From a virus, in IMG/VR virus record IMGVR_UViG_3300027648_000001, positions 1-64,000 of that record: a stretch of DNA of 64,000 nucleotides; one strand, written 5' to 3'. Positions 15,991 to 27,600 of this stretch are shown here, in pieces. Made by a program: the position numbers and the translations under genes. Position 1 is the first letter of the stretch. Each line of letters opens with the position of its first letter. Below the pieces are notes generated by a model, which worked only from the letters and a program-made list of their open reading frames with translations, searched no databases and had not been told where the DNA came from.

Positions 15991-18900
15991 ATGGCCAAGA
16001 TTTACAGATTATTTTTACTCTTCTTCGTTTTTGCCATGACCGCCTTCGGACAGGCTGCCTCGCGCTACGATGGTGTGCTAATTGACCAGAATGGCAAGCC
16101 AGTTGTGGGTATGAATGTCCGCGTCTGCACAACTCCGGCGACTGGGCAGCCCTGCACACCGCTGGCGAACGTCTATACCAATTCCGGGTTGACTTTTCCG
16201 GCACAAAACCCACTAACGACGGATTTTTTGGGAAACTTCTATTTCTACGTGACTTCGGGTATCTACGAACTTGAGTTTAGTGGTCCTGGAATCATCACTA
16301 AGCAGGTTCCCGACGTCACGATTACCGTTCCGCAGAACAATTCGAATCCGGTATTTACTTCAGTAACAGCGACAACGGCTACGATTGGAACCATCAACGG
16401 ATTCGTCTATGTGGACGGCACAATCAACACGACCATCGCCGGAGCAATTGCCGCATTGCCTTCAACGGGCGGCACTGTAATTATCCCATGTGGGACGTAC
16501 ACGCTTTCAACCACGCTGGTGATTCCTAGTCAAGTTATCTTGCAGGGTTGCGGGACTGGAAGCACGACTTCAGGAGGTACGCGCCTAATAGCCGCAAGTG
16601 GATCTGTTTCTCCGGTGGTTCAGGTTCAAGGGACAAGCTCAACTAGTCGTTCGGGGGATATTTTCCTGCGCGACCTATCCATTGTGGGTGTTTATACGGC
16701 CTCACAGGTGTGCATGCAAATAGATCATGCCACGTACATTGTTCAAGACCACGTACAATACTTGACTTGCGGGCAGGCTGAGTGGGACAACGATGTTTAC
16801 CGTTCGCTGCACACGGACGTGACTTATTTTCAAAGCGGTTCCGGTGGAACGAATACGACCGCCACTGTGCGCGTGGAAAACATTTCGAATCCATCCGTGC
16901 CGACCGAACAGGTTTTCTTTATTGATTGTTCATGGCAAGGTGATGCTGGTGGAAAGCAAGGAACATCGGTCTACTACGGCCCAGCCACAGAAGAAGGAAG
17001 GATTTCGCATTCAAAACTGGATTATTCAGGAACAAATCCAAACTTCCCAATTGTTTATATCAATCAGGCGCAGTTCATTGATATTACGCACAACACGATC
17101 AGCGGATTTGCATCGGTAGCTCCATCGACGGGTACCGTGACGGTTACGGGCAGCAACACTGTTCCCTCGTTCGGAATCAACATTAGCGACAATACGCTAA
17201 TTTCCTTTTCTGCCACCGTACCAGGAATCTACCTGCAAAACACAAATAATTACACAGTCAACGGTGGATTTTTCGTCGGTCCAAATTCTACCGGTACGGC
17301 TATCGTGACCACAACCAGCACGGGCGGTGGAACTATTGCCTCAATCCAAATGGGCAGCAGCGATACAGAAGTAAACAATTCTTCCGGATCTGCTGCGGCG
17401 ATCTATTACGGACAGTATAATAGTGGAGCATTTAACGTACAAAGCAATGCCGCGTTTACAGGTCCGCTTCCATGGATTGACGTGACGGCTGTACCCTACA
17501 ATGCAAAATGCGACGGGCACACCGACGATTCTGCGGCCCTGCAAGCTGCTGGTAATGCTGCCATCGCTGCGGGGGCGATCATGCAGTTGCCTACTGCTGG
17601 CACCTGCATATTCGGCACCACGCTAACATTTACCCACAACAGTCCAGATACATTATTGCCATCTATCCATATTCGTGGTGGTGGAATCTCTACAATTCTA
17701 AAGTATACCGGCACTGGCAACGCCATAGTGATTACTAGCGGAGTTTCAGGTCACTTTATTTACAACCCAACCCTAGAGCACTTCCAATTGTGGGGCGGAC
17801 TGGCGGCTCCGGCTCAAACTGCAATCCAGTGTCAGTACTGTAATCAGGGAGTGATTACGGACGTGCAGGTTTATGGTCTGCAAAATTATGATGCACAGCT
17901 ATGGGGCTTTACTGTTGGTTTCGATTTAACAAACGCAGCAGGAATGGCCATAAGTAGTTCTGGATTCAACGATTGCAATGTTGGGATGAAACTTCTTGGC
18001 ACGGAGTTGAGCACGATCACGGGAGGATTTGGCGAGGGTGTGAATATATCTTTCTTGATGGGAACTGGTGGCGGTGGTCTGTCCGACTCGGGAGTCTACA
18101 TAATAAACGGACTCAATTATGAGACACAAAATTATTTCATGGTGTGGAACGACACCATGGGAACGCCAACAGTATCTAGCGCGGAAGGCGTCTATGTACT
18201 AAATAACACAATCGTTTTCGATCAAGATGGGGGAGGCAGCGGATACACTCCCAATCAGGTATTGAATGTGCTCAATTCATCTGGAAGCACCATACAGCTT
18301 AAGAACATTGTGTTTTCTAACAATTTTTTCTACTGTAACACGACCTGCTCTTATGCTTTTAATCTGTCTATGGCGAGTGGCGGCGATCCCTTTATCAATC
18401 GGCTCACGATCAATGGAAACGTGCTTTATGGTTTTACTACCGCAGGACTTACCGCTAACAACTCAGTCATAACCGGTCTGTGGTCGAACAATATAAACGA
18501 AAATATTTCGACTCCGACGCTCACCGCAGTTACCGGCACGGGAGTTTTCTGCGTGGATGACTGGTACGGTGGCCTTGCCGTTCTCTGTCCAGAAACTATT
18601 GACGGAGCGCTCACGGTCGATGGCAACTTCTCGGTTACTGGCACTGGGAGCATTACTGGTAACACAACTATCGGGGGCACTCTTGGTGTGACCGGAATAG
18701 TTACGACTCCCCAAACCACCTTGGGCAGAATACGAGTTAGCCAAGGGTCTGAAGTATCTTCTGGAAATTTTGTTCTATCAGGCTGGGGTACAAGTCCAGT
18801 CGTTACTCCGAACGACAGTGCCGAGGATACAGCCGGGGAAATTACCATCACGTCTGGAACGGGATCGCCCAGCGCCAATCCAACCGTTGTACTTACCTTT

Positions 18901-19080
18901 GCTGACGGAGCTTTTTTTAATGCCCCACAGTGCGTGACTTCGCGTGGTGATATAGATTCTCCAAGTACAGCACCGTTTATAAACACTACTACTACTACTA
19001 CGGCAATCACTTGGACGTTCGTAGGTACGCCCGTTGCATCTACGAATTACGTTCTTCAGTGGATTTGTATGGGGCACTAA
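15991..19080 (+). CDS. secreted depolymerase/tailspike-like protein with two beta-helix regions (1029 aa)
   Basis: Signal peptide MAKIYRLFLLFFVFAMTAFGQA. Carboxypeptidase-regulatory-like N-domain. Two pectate-lyase-superfamily-type entries (GTINTTIAGAIAALPSTGGTVIIPCGTY and YNAKCDGHTDDSAALQAAGNAA). Confidence 0.75.
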   Translation: MAKIYRLFLLFFVFAMTAFGQAASRYDGVLIDQNGKPVVGMNVRVCTTPATGQPCTPLANVYTNSGLTFPAQNPLTTDFLGNFYFYVTSGIYELEFSGPGIITKQVPDVTITVPQNNSNPVFTSVTATTATIGTINGFVYVDGTINTTIAGAIAALPSTGGTVIIPCGTYTLSTTLVIPSQVILQGCGTGSTTSGGTRLIAASGSVSPVVQVQGTSSTSRSGDIFLRDLSIVGVYTASQVCMQIDHATYIVQDHVQYLTCGQAEWDNDVYRSLHTDVTYFQSGSGGTNTTATVRVENISNPSVPTEQVFFIDCSWQGDAGGKQGTSVYYGPATEEGRISHSKLDYSGTNPNFPIVYINQAQFIDITHNTISGFASVAPSTGTVTVTGSNTVPSFGINISDNTLISFSATVPGIYLQNTNNYTVNGGFFVGPNSTGTAIVTTTSTGGGTIASIQMGSSDTEVNNSSGSAAAIYYGQYNSGAFNVQSNAAFTGPLPWIDVTAVPYNAKCDGHTDDSAALQAAGNAAIAAGAIMQLPTAGTCIFGTTLTFTHNSPDTLLPSIHIRGGGISTILKYTGTGNAIVITSGVSGHFIYNPTLEHFQLWGGLAAPAQTAIQCQYCNQGVITDVQVYGLQNYDAQLWGFTVGFDLTNAAGMAISSSGFNDCNVGMKLLGTELSTITGGFGEGVNISFLMGTGGGGLSDSGVYIINGLNYETQNYFMVWNDTMGTPTVSSAEGVYVLNNTIVFDQDGGGSGYTPNQVLNVLNSSGSTIQLKNIVFSNNFFYCNTTCSYAFNLSMASGGDPFINRLTINGNVLYGFTTAGLTANNSVITGLWSNNINENISTPTLTAVTGTGVFCVDDWYGGLAVLCPETIDGALTVDGNFSVTGTGSITGNTTIGGTLGVTGIVTTPQTTLGRIRVSQGSEVSSGNFVLSGWGTSPVVTPNDSAEDTAGEITITSGTGSPSANPTVVLTFADGAFFNAPQCVTSRGDIDSPSTAPFINTTTTTTAITWTFVGTPVASTNYVLQWICMGH

Positions 19081-19086
19081 TCCATA

Positions 19087-19130
19087 AAATTCCTTGAAAA
19101 GCTAAGTTCAAATAGGCAGCGTGGGAGTGT
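19087..19130 (+). promoter_or_regulatory. two-block conserved motif, copy 2
   Basis: AAATTCCTTGAAAA-N14-GGCAGCGTGGGAGTGT, 19 nt upstream of the 19149 GTG. Confidence 0.5.
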
Positions 19131-19148
19131 CTCTATAGGAGTCTGCCT

Positions 19149-19712
19149 GTGATTAGAACTTTCAAAAAGTATTTAATTGCCGCAGGTGGAACTCCGCAGC
19201 CACTTGTGGGCACGACTACTACTGCCGCCGTTGGCCCAGTCCCATACCCGCAAGGCCAGGTTGGCTCCCTAGCAATCCTTGTTATCCCCGGCGTGGATGC
19301 TTCCATGTTTTACAGCGGGTGCTACGCGGTTATCGGCAAGCCATCGTCGGGCGAAGAAAGGCTTTATGTTCCCGTTGTAAGTGGGAACAACATTACGGTC
19401 CAGATCCCCTACCCAGGCGGAATTACCGGTACTTATGGAAGCGGCGCTTATATTCGGGTAGGCCAAATGATTAACTCCACCTACGTTCAAACTATCGCGG
19501 GAAACGCGGGAACAATTTACATTGGAACGAAAGACACCCTTTCGAAGACCACGCTGGCTTTCGTAATCGCGCAACTTACCGCCGTGACCACCGGGCAGCC
19601 AATCGAATATCGTGATGGGCGTTCCGGACTTCAGAACGCAGATGATCTGAGTCAGTTGTGGGTGGACGGAACCACGGGAGACGGATACTTACCTTCAGTC
19701 GGGATCGTGTAA
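19149..19712 (+). CDS. hypothetical structural-module protein (187 aa, GTG start)
   Basis: ORF track. TAGGAG SD. No signal peptide. Confidence 0.6.
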   Translation: MIRTFKKYLIAAGGTPQPLVGTTTTAAVGPVPYPQGQVGSLAILVIPGVDASMFYSGCYAVIGKPSSGEERLYVPVVSGNNITVQIPYPGGITGTYGSGAYIRVGQMINSTYVQTIAGNAGTIYIGTKDTLSKTTLAFVIAQLTAVTTGQPIEYRDGRSGLQNADDLSQLWVDGTTGDGYLPSVGIV

Positions 19713-21919
19713 TGAGAAAAATACTCGGCGCGGCTCTGCTTGTTTTACTTTCTAGTATTCCCGCATTTGCCCAAGGTACCAGTACGGGCGGCGGGCAAGG
19801 CGCTGGCGGCAGCGGTAATGCGACGTCCATCCAAGGTGTTCCTGTTTCAGCTACCGGGCCAAGCTCTAGTCAATGCTTGGTTTACAACGGAACGGCATGG
19901 GCACCTGGATCTTGCGCGGCGGCGGGTGGCGGCACGACTACGACCGTAAACGGCGGAAGCTCGCTAACTAATCTGAACATTAACGCCACATCACCTGCGG
20001 CGGATGCCAGCTTCCTGAATTGCACACCGAAGATTTCCACGGCCAACATGGTTATCGAGTGTCCTTATACGACCACTTCAACTCTGGGCGTGATCGAGCT
20101 AGCCAATGACCTTGGTGGAACAGCTACCTCTCCCACCGTAGTTTCAACTGGCGGAGTGGCTTTCGCGGCGTCGGCTACAACGAATGCCCTAAACGCTTCC
20201 AATATCTCAAGTGGGACGTTGCCGGTAGGGCGCATTCCGACAGCGATCCCAATTGGCAGCGTTGGCAGCGCCGGTTTAAGCGGTTCGGGGGCGGTGGCAA
20301 TTTCTGCGGCGGGTGCGATTTCCATTACCGGCGCAGCGGGACAGATTCTTGCTGGGGCAACACCAGCCTTTACTGCTACCCCAACGCTGGGAGCTTCCGG
20401 AACGGCGGGTACTTTAGCTTTTGGCAACGCCACAAGCGGAACCGTAACGCTAGGGACCGTCACTGGGGCGCTGGGAACGGTAACTGCGAGCCTGCCAGCC
20501 AATACGGGCACGATTGCGGAACTTAACCTTGCCCAAACCTTTAGTGCGGTTCAAACAATTTCAGCTACGAACGGACTTGTACTTTCGGCCATGACCGGAA
20601 CGGCCTGCTTGGAAGAAGTTTCCGGCGTGGTTACTTCTACTGGATCGCTCTGCGGTAGCGGAAGCGGGATCTCTGGCTTGACTTCGGGGCAGATTCCCAT
20701 TGCTGGCAGTGCGACGACGCTGACGTCATCCGTTGCGGCTCCAACCGGAGCTATCGTTGGCGTTGGCCAATCCAACGCCTATACTACCGGAACGCAGGAT
20801 TTTACCAGCGCTACCTCAATCCTTGTCTCCACACAGGCTACTGGAAATTCAAGCACCAACGCGGCGAGTACCGCGTTCGTAACCACGGCAGTAAATAACG
20901 CTATCGCAGGCGTGAATCCTGCTGTAGCCGTCCTTGCGGCATCTACGGCAAACGTGACTGGAACTTACACTCAAGTTGGCGGCGGAATAGGAGACACATT
21001 CACAGTGACCGCAACGGGAGCGTATACGCTTGACGGTATCGCCATCAACACTATCGGCCAGCGTATTTTGCTCAAGAACCAAAGCACCGCATCGCAAAAC
21101 GGAGTTTACACTGCGACGGTCATAGGGGCTTCTTTGGTATCTCCTGTTTTTACTCGCGCTCTGGACTATGACACTCCATCGGACGTGAATAACACAGGCG
21201 CTATACCCGTGCAGTCCGGTACCGTCAATACGACCACAAGCTGGCTACTTTCTTCGCAGGTAACTAGCATCGGATCAGGGGGTAGTTCGCTAATCTACGC
21301 GCAGTTCAGCGTCAATCCAGCCTCGATTGTTCAGACCGCAACGCCACCTATGGCGATTACGGTGGGAGTGATTTCCTTACAGAACTCCGCTTCGGCGAAC
21401 GTGACTGCGGCCTATGGTACTGATACTAATGTCCTCACGTGTTCTGGCGGGGCACTCACGAGCGGGAACGTAACCGAAGGCGATGCGAATGGGGGTTGCA
21501 AGGACAGCGGCACGGCACTTTCTAGTCTTCTTACAAAAGCAGTCGGAGAATACAACAGCAACTCAACCACCCATACGGCATCCGGTACGCAATACTTTGC
21601 CCTGACGGGTACTCAAAACGCTGCCGCTGGCGCGGTGGGCACAAACAACATAACCATTTCTGCTAACGCCAAACACATCACCGGGATTTATGTAAATTCC
21701 TCGGCGGCCCAAGGCTCGGCGGCAACACTCGCATTTACATTTTATGATGGCGGCACTACAGCGGTAACCTGCACTATTCCGAACAGTGGAACAACTTGCA
21801 ACGCGACTGGATTCAATGTCGCGGTAGCCGCTGGGGATACAATCGTTACGCAAACGGTGCAGACCGGAACCGGAACAGCCTCTTACGACTACGTTTCTTA
21901 CAGCTATACGATTCCGTAG
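19712..21919 (+). CDS. fibre-like Gly/Thr/Ser-rich secreted protein (735 aa)
   Basis: ORF track, trimmed to the ATG overlapping the upstream TAA. Signal peptide [33 protein letters not shown]...[15 protein letters not shown] module shared with the next gene. TAG stop. Confidence 0.7.
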   Translation: MRKILGAALLVLLSSIPAFAQGTSTGGGQGAGGSGNATSIQGVPVSATGPSSSQCLVYNGTAWAPGSCAAAGGGTTTTVNGGSSLTNLNINATSPAADASFLNCTPKISTANMVIECPYTTTSTLGVIELANDLGGTATSPTVVSTGGVAFAASATTNALNASNISSGTLPVGRIPTAIPIGSVGSAGLSGSGAVAISAAGAISITGAAGQILAGATPAFTATPTLGASGTAGTLAFGNATSGTVTLGTVTGALGTVTASLPANTGTIAELNLAQTFSAVQTISATNGLVLSAMTGTACLEEVSGVVTSTGSLCGSGSGISGLTSGQIPIAGSATTLTSSVAAPTGAIVGVGQSNAYTTGTQDFTSATSILVSTQATGNSSTNAASTAFVTTAVNNAIAGVNPAVAVLAASTANVTGTYTQVGGGIGDTFTVTATGAYTLDGIAINTIGQRILLKNQSTASQNGVYTATVIGASLVSPVFTRALDYDTPSDVNNTGAIPVQSGTVNTTTSWLLSSQVTSIGSGGSSLIYAQFSVNPASIVQTATPPMAITVGVISLQNSASANVTAAYGTDTNVLTCSGGALTSGNVTEGDANGGCKDSGTALSSLLTKAVGEYNSNSTTHTASGTQYFALTGTQNAAAGAVGTNNITISANAKHITGIYVNSSAAQGSAATLAFTFYDGGTTAVTCTIPNSGTTCNATGFNVAVAAGDTIVTQTVQTGTGTASYDYVSYSYTIP

Positions 21920-22027
21920 ACACTTATGCTTATTAAGATTAAAACACTAGTTCCCACTCTTTCAAATGGAGAACTCGGCAACGGGAACGATAACCATCAG
22001 CACGCCAAGCAGTTGCGTGATGCAGTA

Positions 22028-24643
22028 ATGAACAAGCTTCTTTTCATACTTGTGGCCTTGATCTGCCCCGCACTGGCACATGCCCAGAACACCGGGATGT
22101 ATATTGTCCCCATTCAGCAGACCGGGGGCATCAATGCTACTTCTTTGCAGGGCGTCCCACTTAATACAAATCTCCCCGGAGTAAATCAGTGTCTAGTTTA
22201 CGACGGAACGGAATGGTCGCCATCAAGTAACTGCGGCGGCGGGGGTGGCGGCGGAAGTATTTTTACCAGCTTTACGCTGGGCGGTAACACTCCGATAACC
22301 GGAGTGGGGAACTTTCTTCAGATTACGGCCACAGCACCTATAACCTTTGGGACCATGACTGGCACGGGAACTAGCGGCAGTCCATTTGTTGCCCCACTTT
22401 CGCTGGCCAACAGCGGCGCTACACCGGGAACATATTCTTGTATCAACGGAACAGTTACCGCGCAGGGTCTTTTTACGGCCGTTACGAACGGAAGCTGCGG
22501 CGGTGGTGGCGGTGGAATTTGGTCGGGGATTACCGGAAACGGAACGAACACTTCTACCGGATTCGTCTTAGCTCCCTCGGTCACCAGCACGATTGCTTGG
22601 GTTACTACTTGCCCGAGCGGGATGTCAGTTGATTGCGAAGACATCACCGTAAATGGAAACGGCGTGAGACTAAATAGTTCAGGATTATGGACCAAGCTGG
22701 GTACCGGTGGCATAGATGCGACCGCCCTGTCTGGCTTTGTCCCACTTGGGAGTATTCCAACGATCCCCCCGGCCAACGGTGGTACAGGACTGGTGAATCC
22801 TACCGCTCATGACCTTGTAATTGCCGAAGGTTCGTCTTCCTATAACCTTCTTTCTATGCCGACTGGGCAGCTTTTAATCGGACAAGGCACTTCAGCCGAT
22901 CCAACGACTATTGCTTCGGTTGGCGGTGGTTCAAATCCAGTATTCGGAACCATAAGCACGCTACTTTCCGGGCAGTTTTTATGCGCCGATAGTACTCCGA
23001 AAATCGTGAACTGCACGCCAGGTATTCCGGTGGTTGCAAATAGTTCTGGATTCACTGTGTCGAATTCCAACCGCGCAACATTGGGCACGCTCAAGAGCGC
23101 GACAAATACCACGATTACATTGTTGGCACCAGCGAACTATCCTAACAATTATTTTGCCGATTTTATCAACATCGCAGCAGGCACGGCACAGTTTCAGTCA
23201 AGCGGCGGAGTTTTTATCAACTGCTCCGGCTCAACAAGCCAAACAACGCAGAACGTACCGTTCGGATACTGGGCTGTACTTTATAACGATGGCACGAACT
23301 TTTGCATACCGACCATTCCGACGCTGGCGGCTCTGGTTAACACTCCCGCAGGTTCGGCGATGACAATCAACACTACGACCGGGGCGTTCGGCTCAACTTC
23401 TATTTCAGCCAGTTCTTGCGGATACGGCGCGGCAAGTGGAACAATTATTTTTGGGAATGGAAGCGGAAACTGTCCGACAACAAATGCCGCCTTCAATGTT
23501 TTTGTTTCCGCTACCGCCCCTGGAATACTAATCGGATCATCAACGTCCACATCTCCAGCACTGGAATTCACCAATTCCAGCGCGGATTACAACATTGACC
23601 TTAGTGGTTCAACATTGCAGATTGGGGCCAACGCTTCGCTGACCAATGCCGGTGCATTGACCGTGACATCCTGCGCTGGATGTAGCGTTTTTCCTTTGAC
23701 CGTTTCCGGTACGGTTAATTCAGGCGGCATTCCTTATTTTTGCAGCACAACGCAGGAATGTTCTTCGGCGGTATTAGGACTGGACGGCGTGGTGTTGGGT
23801 GACGGAGCAGGAGCGGCACCGTTTACATCGGCCGGATTGTCCTTTTCTTCAATTGCCGGAACTCCTACTTTGCTTATTGGTCAGGTAGGTGCCTACAGCG
23901 GTCAATTGGCGCTTTACAGTGTTGGCGGGGGAACATTAACCATGGGGGTTAATCCAAATAATCCGGTGTCTTCGTACACCCTTGCATACCCCGATGCGAT
24001 AGGGACTACCGGACAAGTACTCAACATTTCCAGCATTTTTGGCTCGGTAGCTTTATTGGGTTGGACCAGTGGTACTGGAGTTACGAGTATAACTGGCGAC
24101 GGAAATATGACTAGTAATTCAGGTTCTACTGGAGCAGTCACCATACAGCTTGCCTCTGGAGCCAAACATACTGTTTGGAGCAACTCCAGCGGTAGCGCCG
24201 GGCCAGGGAATTACACTGCAAACCCAACGTCATCTACGTACACGCTCTACGGTCCCACGAGCGGATCATGTCAATTAAGCGTGACCGCGACATTGGGAAC
24301 TTTGCAACTGTGCGGCGCTGGCAACGTGGACATTGACAGCAGCGGCGACGTGCAGGTTTCAGGGGCTTTGATGGCAATCGGGACGCAAACTGTATCCGGA
24401 TGCAGCTTGACGGGTGCGGTTGGCGGGGCCTCGGCTGGCTCATTCGCGAGCGGAACCTCCGGTACTTGCACCGTGACCATTACACCGGGAATTACCGCAA
24501 CCCATGGGTACACTTGTGATTCTCATGACATCACCACGACTGCTGACACGATCAAACAGACCGCCTATTCCACGACGACGGCGACTATTAGCGGGACGAC
24601 CGTATCAGGAGATACAGTCACATGGTCCTGCATAGCATTCTAA
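22028..24643 (+). CDS. fibre-like Gly/Thr/Ser-rich secreted protein (871 aa)
   Basis: ORF track, trimmed to the ATG that begins signal peptide MNKLLFILVALICPALAHAQ. Paralogous N-terminal module NATSLQGVPLN...QCLVYDGTEWSPSSNC. Confidence 0.7.
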   Translation: MNKLLFILVALICPALAHAQNTGMYIVPIQQTGGINATSLQGVPLNTNLPGVNQCLVYDGTEWSPSSNCGGGGGGGSIFTSFTLGGNTPITGVGNFLQITATAPITFGTMTGTGTSGSPFVAPLSLANSGATPGTYSCINGTVTAQGLFTAVTNGSCGGGGGGIWSGITGNGTNTSTGFVLAPSVTSTIAWVTTCPSGMSVDCEDITVNGNGVRLNSSGLWTKLGTGGIDATALSGFVPLGSIPTIPPANGGTGLVNPTAHDLVIAEGSSSYNLLSMPTGQLLIGQGTSADPTTIASVGGGSNPVFGTISTLLSGQFLCADSTPKIVNCTPGIPVVANSSGFTVSNSNRATLGTLKSATNTTITLLAPANYPNNYFADFINIAAGTAQFQSSGGVFINCSGSTSQTTQNVPFGYWAVLYNDGTNFCIPTIPTLAALVNTPAGSAMTINTTTGAFGSTSISASSCGYGAASGTIIFGNGSGNCPTTNAAFNVFVSATAPGILIGSSTSTSPALEFTNSSADYNIDLSGSTLQIGANASLTNAGALTVTSCAGCSVFPLTVSGTVNSGGIPYFCSTTQECSSAVLGLDGVVLGDGAGAAPFTSAGLSFSSIAGTPTLLIGQVGAYSGQLALYSVGGGTLTMGVNPNNPVSSYTLAYPDAIGTTGQVLNISSIFGSVALLGWTSGTGVTSITGDGNMTSNSGSTGAVTIQLASGAKHTVWSNSSGSAGPGNYTANPTSSTYTLYGPTSGSCQLSVTATLGTLQLCGAGNVDIDSSGDVQVSGALMAIGTQTVSGCSLTGAVGGASAGSFASGTSGTCTVTITPGITATHGYTCDSHDITTTADTIKQTAYSTTTATISGTTVSGDTVTWSCIAF

Positions 24644-27600
24644 ATGCGACGGAACTTATTCATACTCGTAGCACTACTGTTCATCTGTCCCTCGGCGCAC
24701 GCGCAGTCTACGCCAACTTGGTCATGGAATAATCCACCGGTAGCATCTGCCTGTGCTGCGCCTTACGGAATTGCAACATCGTCCGTCAATTGCTATCCGT
24801 TCGGACAGTATGTTGGCTGCAATGGGCAGGGAATTTCTGGCGATGGAACGCTTACGGCTACTTCCGGTGCTTATCCTTGCGGATTGCCGAACGGAAGTGC
24901 GACAACAACTCCGCCGACCGCACTTGTCGAAATCACCGGAACGCATTCACCGTTACCGCCAGCGGGCGCAACACCGTACCGCCGTAACTGGAATCACGGT
25001 GTCTATATACCCGTCGCCGGACTCGTACTGTTCAAGCAGGGTGGGCCAAATTGCTGTTCAGCAACGATCAATAATTCATTTTCTTGGTACAACGATAATA
25101 ACTCCCCATCTATCGGTGGCTCCGGTTCGGCATGGCAGCTTGCATGGACGAGCACGCTTTTGGCTAATTCCGATGAACCGTTTTATGTAAACGGTTGTAA
25201 AAATTATCCCTATACGACGCCGACCGTCTTTTCGGCAACTTTCTGCCAAATTACAATATCAACCAACGGAGGTACGCAGCAGTTTTGGGATCTAGTGCCT
25301 ACAATTGACGGGCATAATTTTACGGCGAACGCTGTAGATCCTTGCACTAATCCGCCATACACGCTGACCACTCCGACCGGAGCAAACTGCAACGTCACAC
25401 CGATGGGATTTGTTTTGTGGGGTGCTTGCGGATCTTCACCATGCCCGACGATTGGCGGGGGACCGGCGACGTGCGCTACGGCCATGGCGAGTGGTAGTGC
25501 ATGTTTTGGTAATTCATACCATGTCGGAAACGTGTACTGGACAGCGCAGTACGTTCAACTTTGCGTGGTGAATACTTCCTACCCTATCAATACTTCCTAC
25601 ACTGCGCATCCAGCTTACGAACCGAATTGCCTAATTCCAGGTAGCGGCGGCCCAACGGTAACTATTACTGGAAGCGGCGGGGGTTCAGGGGCTGTAGTTT
25701 CAGCAACCGGTGCGCAATCCGCTCCTATTAGTAACCTGACAATAATTGCCGGAGGGACCTCATATTCAGGAACAATCTCTTGTTCAATTTCCGGTGGTGG
25801 TGGCACGGGAGCTACCTGTACGGCAACGCAGAGTGGGGGTGCCATCAACTCCGTCACGCTAACTGCTGGTGGCGGCAGCTATTCGCAATATATGTACAAC
25901 CCAAGTTCCGGAACATATCAAGTCAGCTTTATCGACACTTCGCCAGCAAATGGAACGGGTGCTACACTTACCGGGACAACTACCGGAACGGTCTGCACTA
26001 GTACTACCACTACGACCGAAACTTGTTGGGGCGGTCCAACCGAATCGCCGTATATCGAAGAGCCGCACCATCCTTATCATCTATGGACCTACGACGGGAC
26101 CGATAGCGTGGTGCTTTCAGCCTACGGCGCGGCGGAGGGAACCGGATTCGGTGGTACTACTGGCAATGAGCCTTACTGCTCAGATTGCGCGACACCAAAC
26201 CTGACCATGTTCAAGTTTTCTGGAACGGGCAATCTTCAGATGGACCCCACAGTTGTTTGCAGCGAGCTTTCGCAGGTAGACGCGTTGACTCCGACAACCG
26301 GCCCGAACGCCTATCCGCCAAATGGAATTCAGCCCTGCACGGACGCCTCGGCGTACGGAACATCTCCGCCATTGAGCGCGACGACACCTCCCTATTTCGG
26401 AACCGATTATCCGGCCCCGGACGTTGAAACCGCTGCGGTCTGGGACGACTGCAATCAACAGTTCATTACGCTTGGTGGCGATGGTGACATTCAAAGTGCT
26501 TTTACTTTCAACGGACTTACGAACGGTACTCCAAAGCTATGGCGCGAACAGTTGAACGCTTGGAACAACTGGCCATCGAATTCACCTGCAACGACTGGCC
26601 ACACCCGTGTAGGTGGGGTCTGGATCTCGGGGCAATGTTCCGTGTATATGCTCTACGGCGGATCGAACGCTACGATTCGTGTTAATCAGATATTCAAAGG
26701 CACTCCCGCTTCGGGAACTTGGATTGCATCGCATTCCTACTCGAAGGGTGCAGAAGTAAAAGATACTAATAACAATGCCGAGTTTACGACTGCGGCTTGT
26801 GCTTCCGGAACCAGTACGCCTTCTTGGCAGGCATGGACAAGTACTTCCTCTGTTACGCCACCAGTAACAACCGGTGACGGGACGTGCAGTTGGACGAATC
26901 GAGGCTTGATCGACTGGGAGCTTCTAACTTTTACAGAATCAACACTTCCGCTAGGTGGATGTCCGCTGGTACCGGAGACTGAATCTGGATCGTCTCCACC
27001 CTATTCGGGTTACTCAGGCTGCGTACAAAACGGTTCATCGTACGGAGAGCCGGGCGATGTTCAGCCGGTAGTTGACCTAGATCCGGACGTGACGGCCTAT
27101 TGCCCAGCCGGTAACTGTATAATTTACATTTCGCAGATTTTATTTCCTTCAGCGACGAACCAGGTCTGGAATTTCAACCCAGCCGCCTTTGCGGGATGTA
27201 GCTACGCGGCTATGCAACTTAGTTCGTCGGCCTGCACAGATACTTCGCTTCTTCCTGCCTGGTCATCGATAAACACCGGATCACCTGGTCCGCAGTTGAT
27301 GACTGAAGGAACAACAGAGGAATGCTCCGGCCAATACTACACAACCGGCTCTTGTCATAACGAGGGAGCGTTTAATCGAGCAACTCACAGGTTTGATTTA
27401 CAGATTTCTCTCGGCAGCCAACAGTTGAATGAAGTTGCAAATCTCTATATTCCTCCTAGCGGATTTCTTGCCTCAATACCTCTGGCAATTCAGCCGGACG
27501 AATGGCCGGGGGGTTGCCAGCCGCAAGTAAATTGCAGTTCACCTTCACCCGTAGCCATAACGCGTCCAGCCAATGCGGCGGTGAAAACTTTTGGTGCCGT

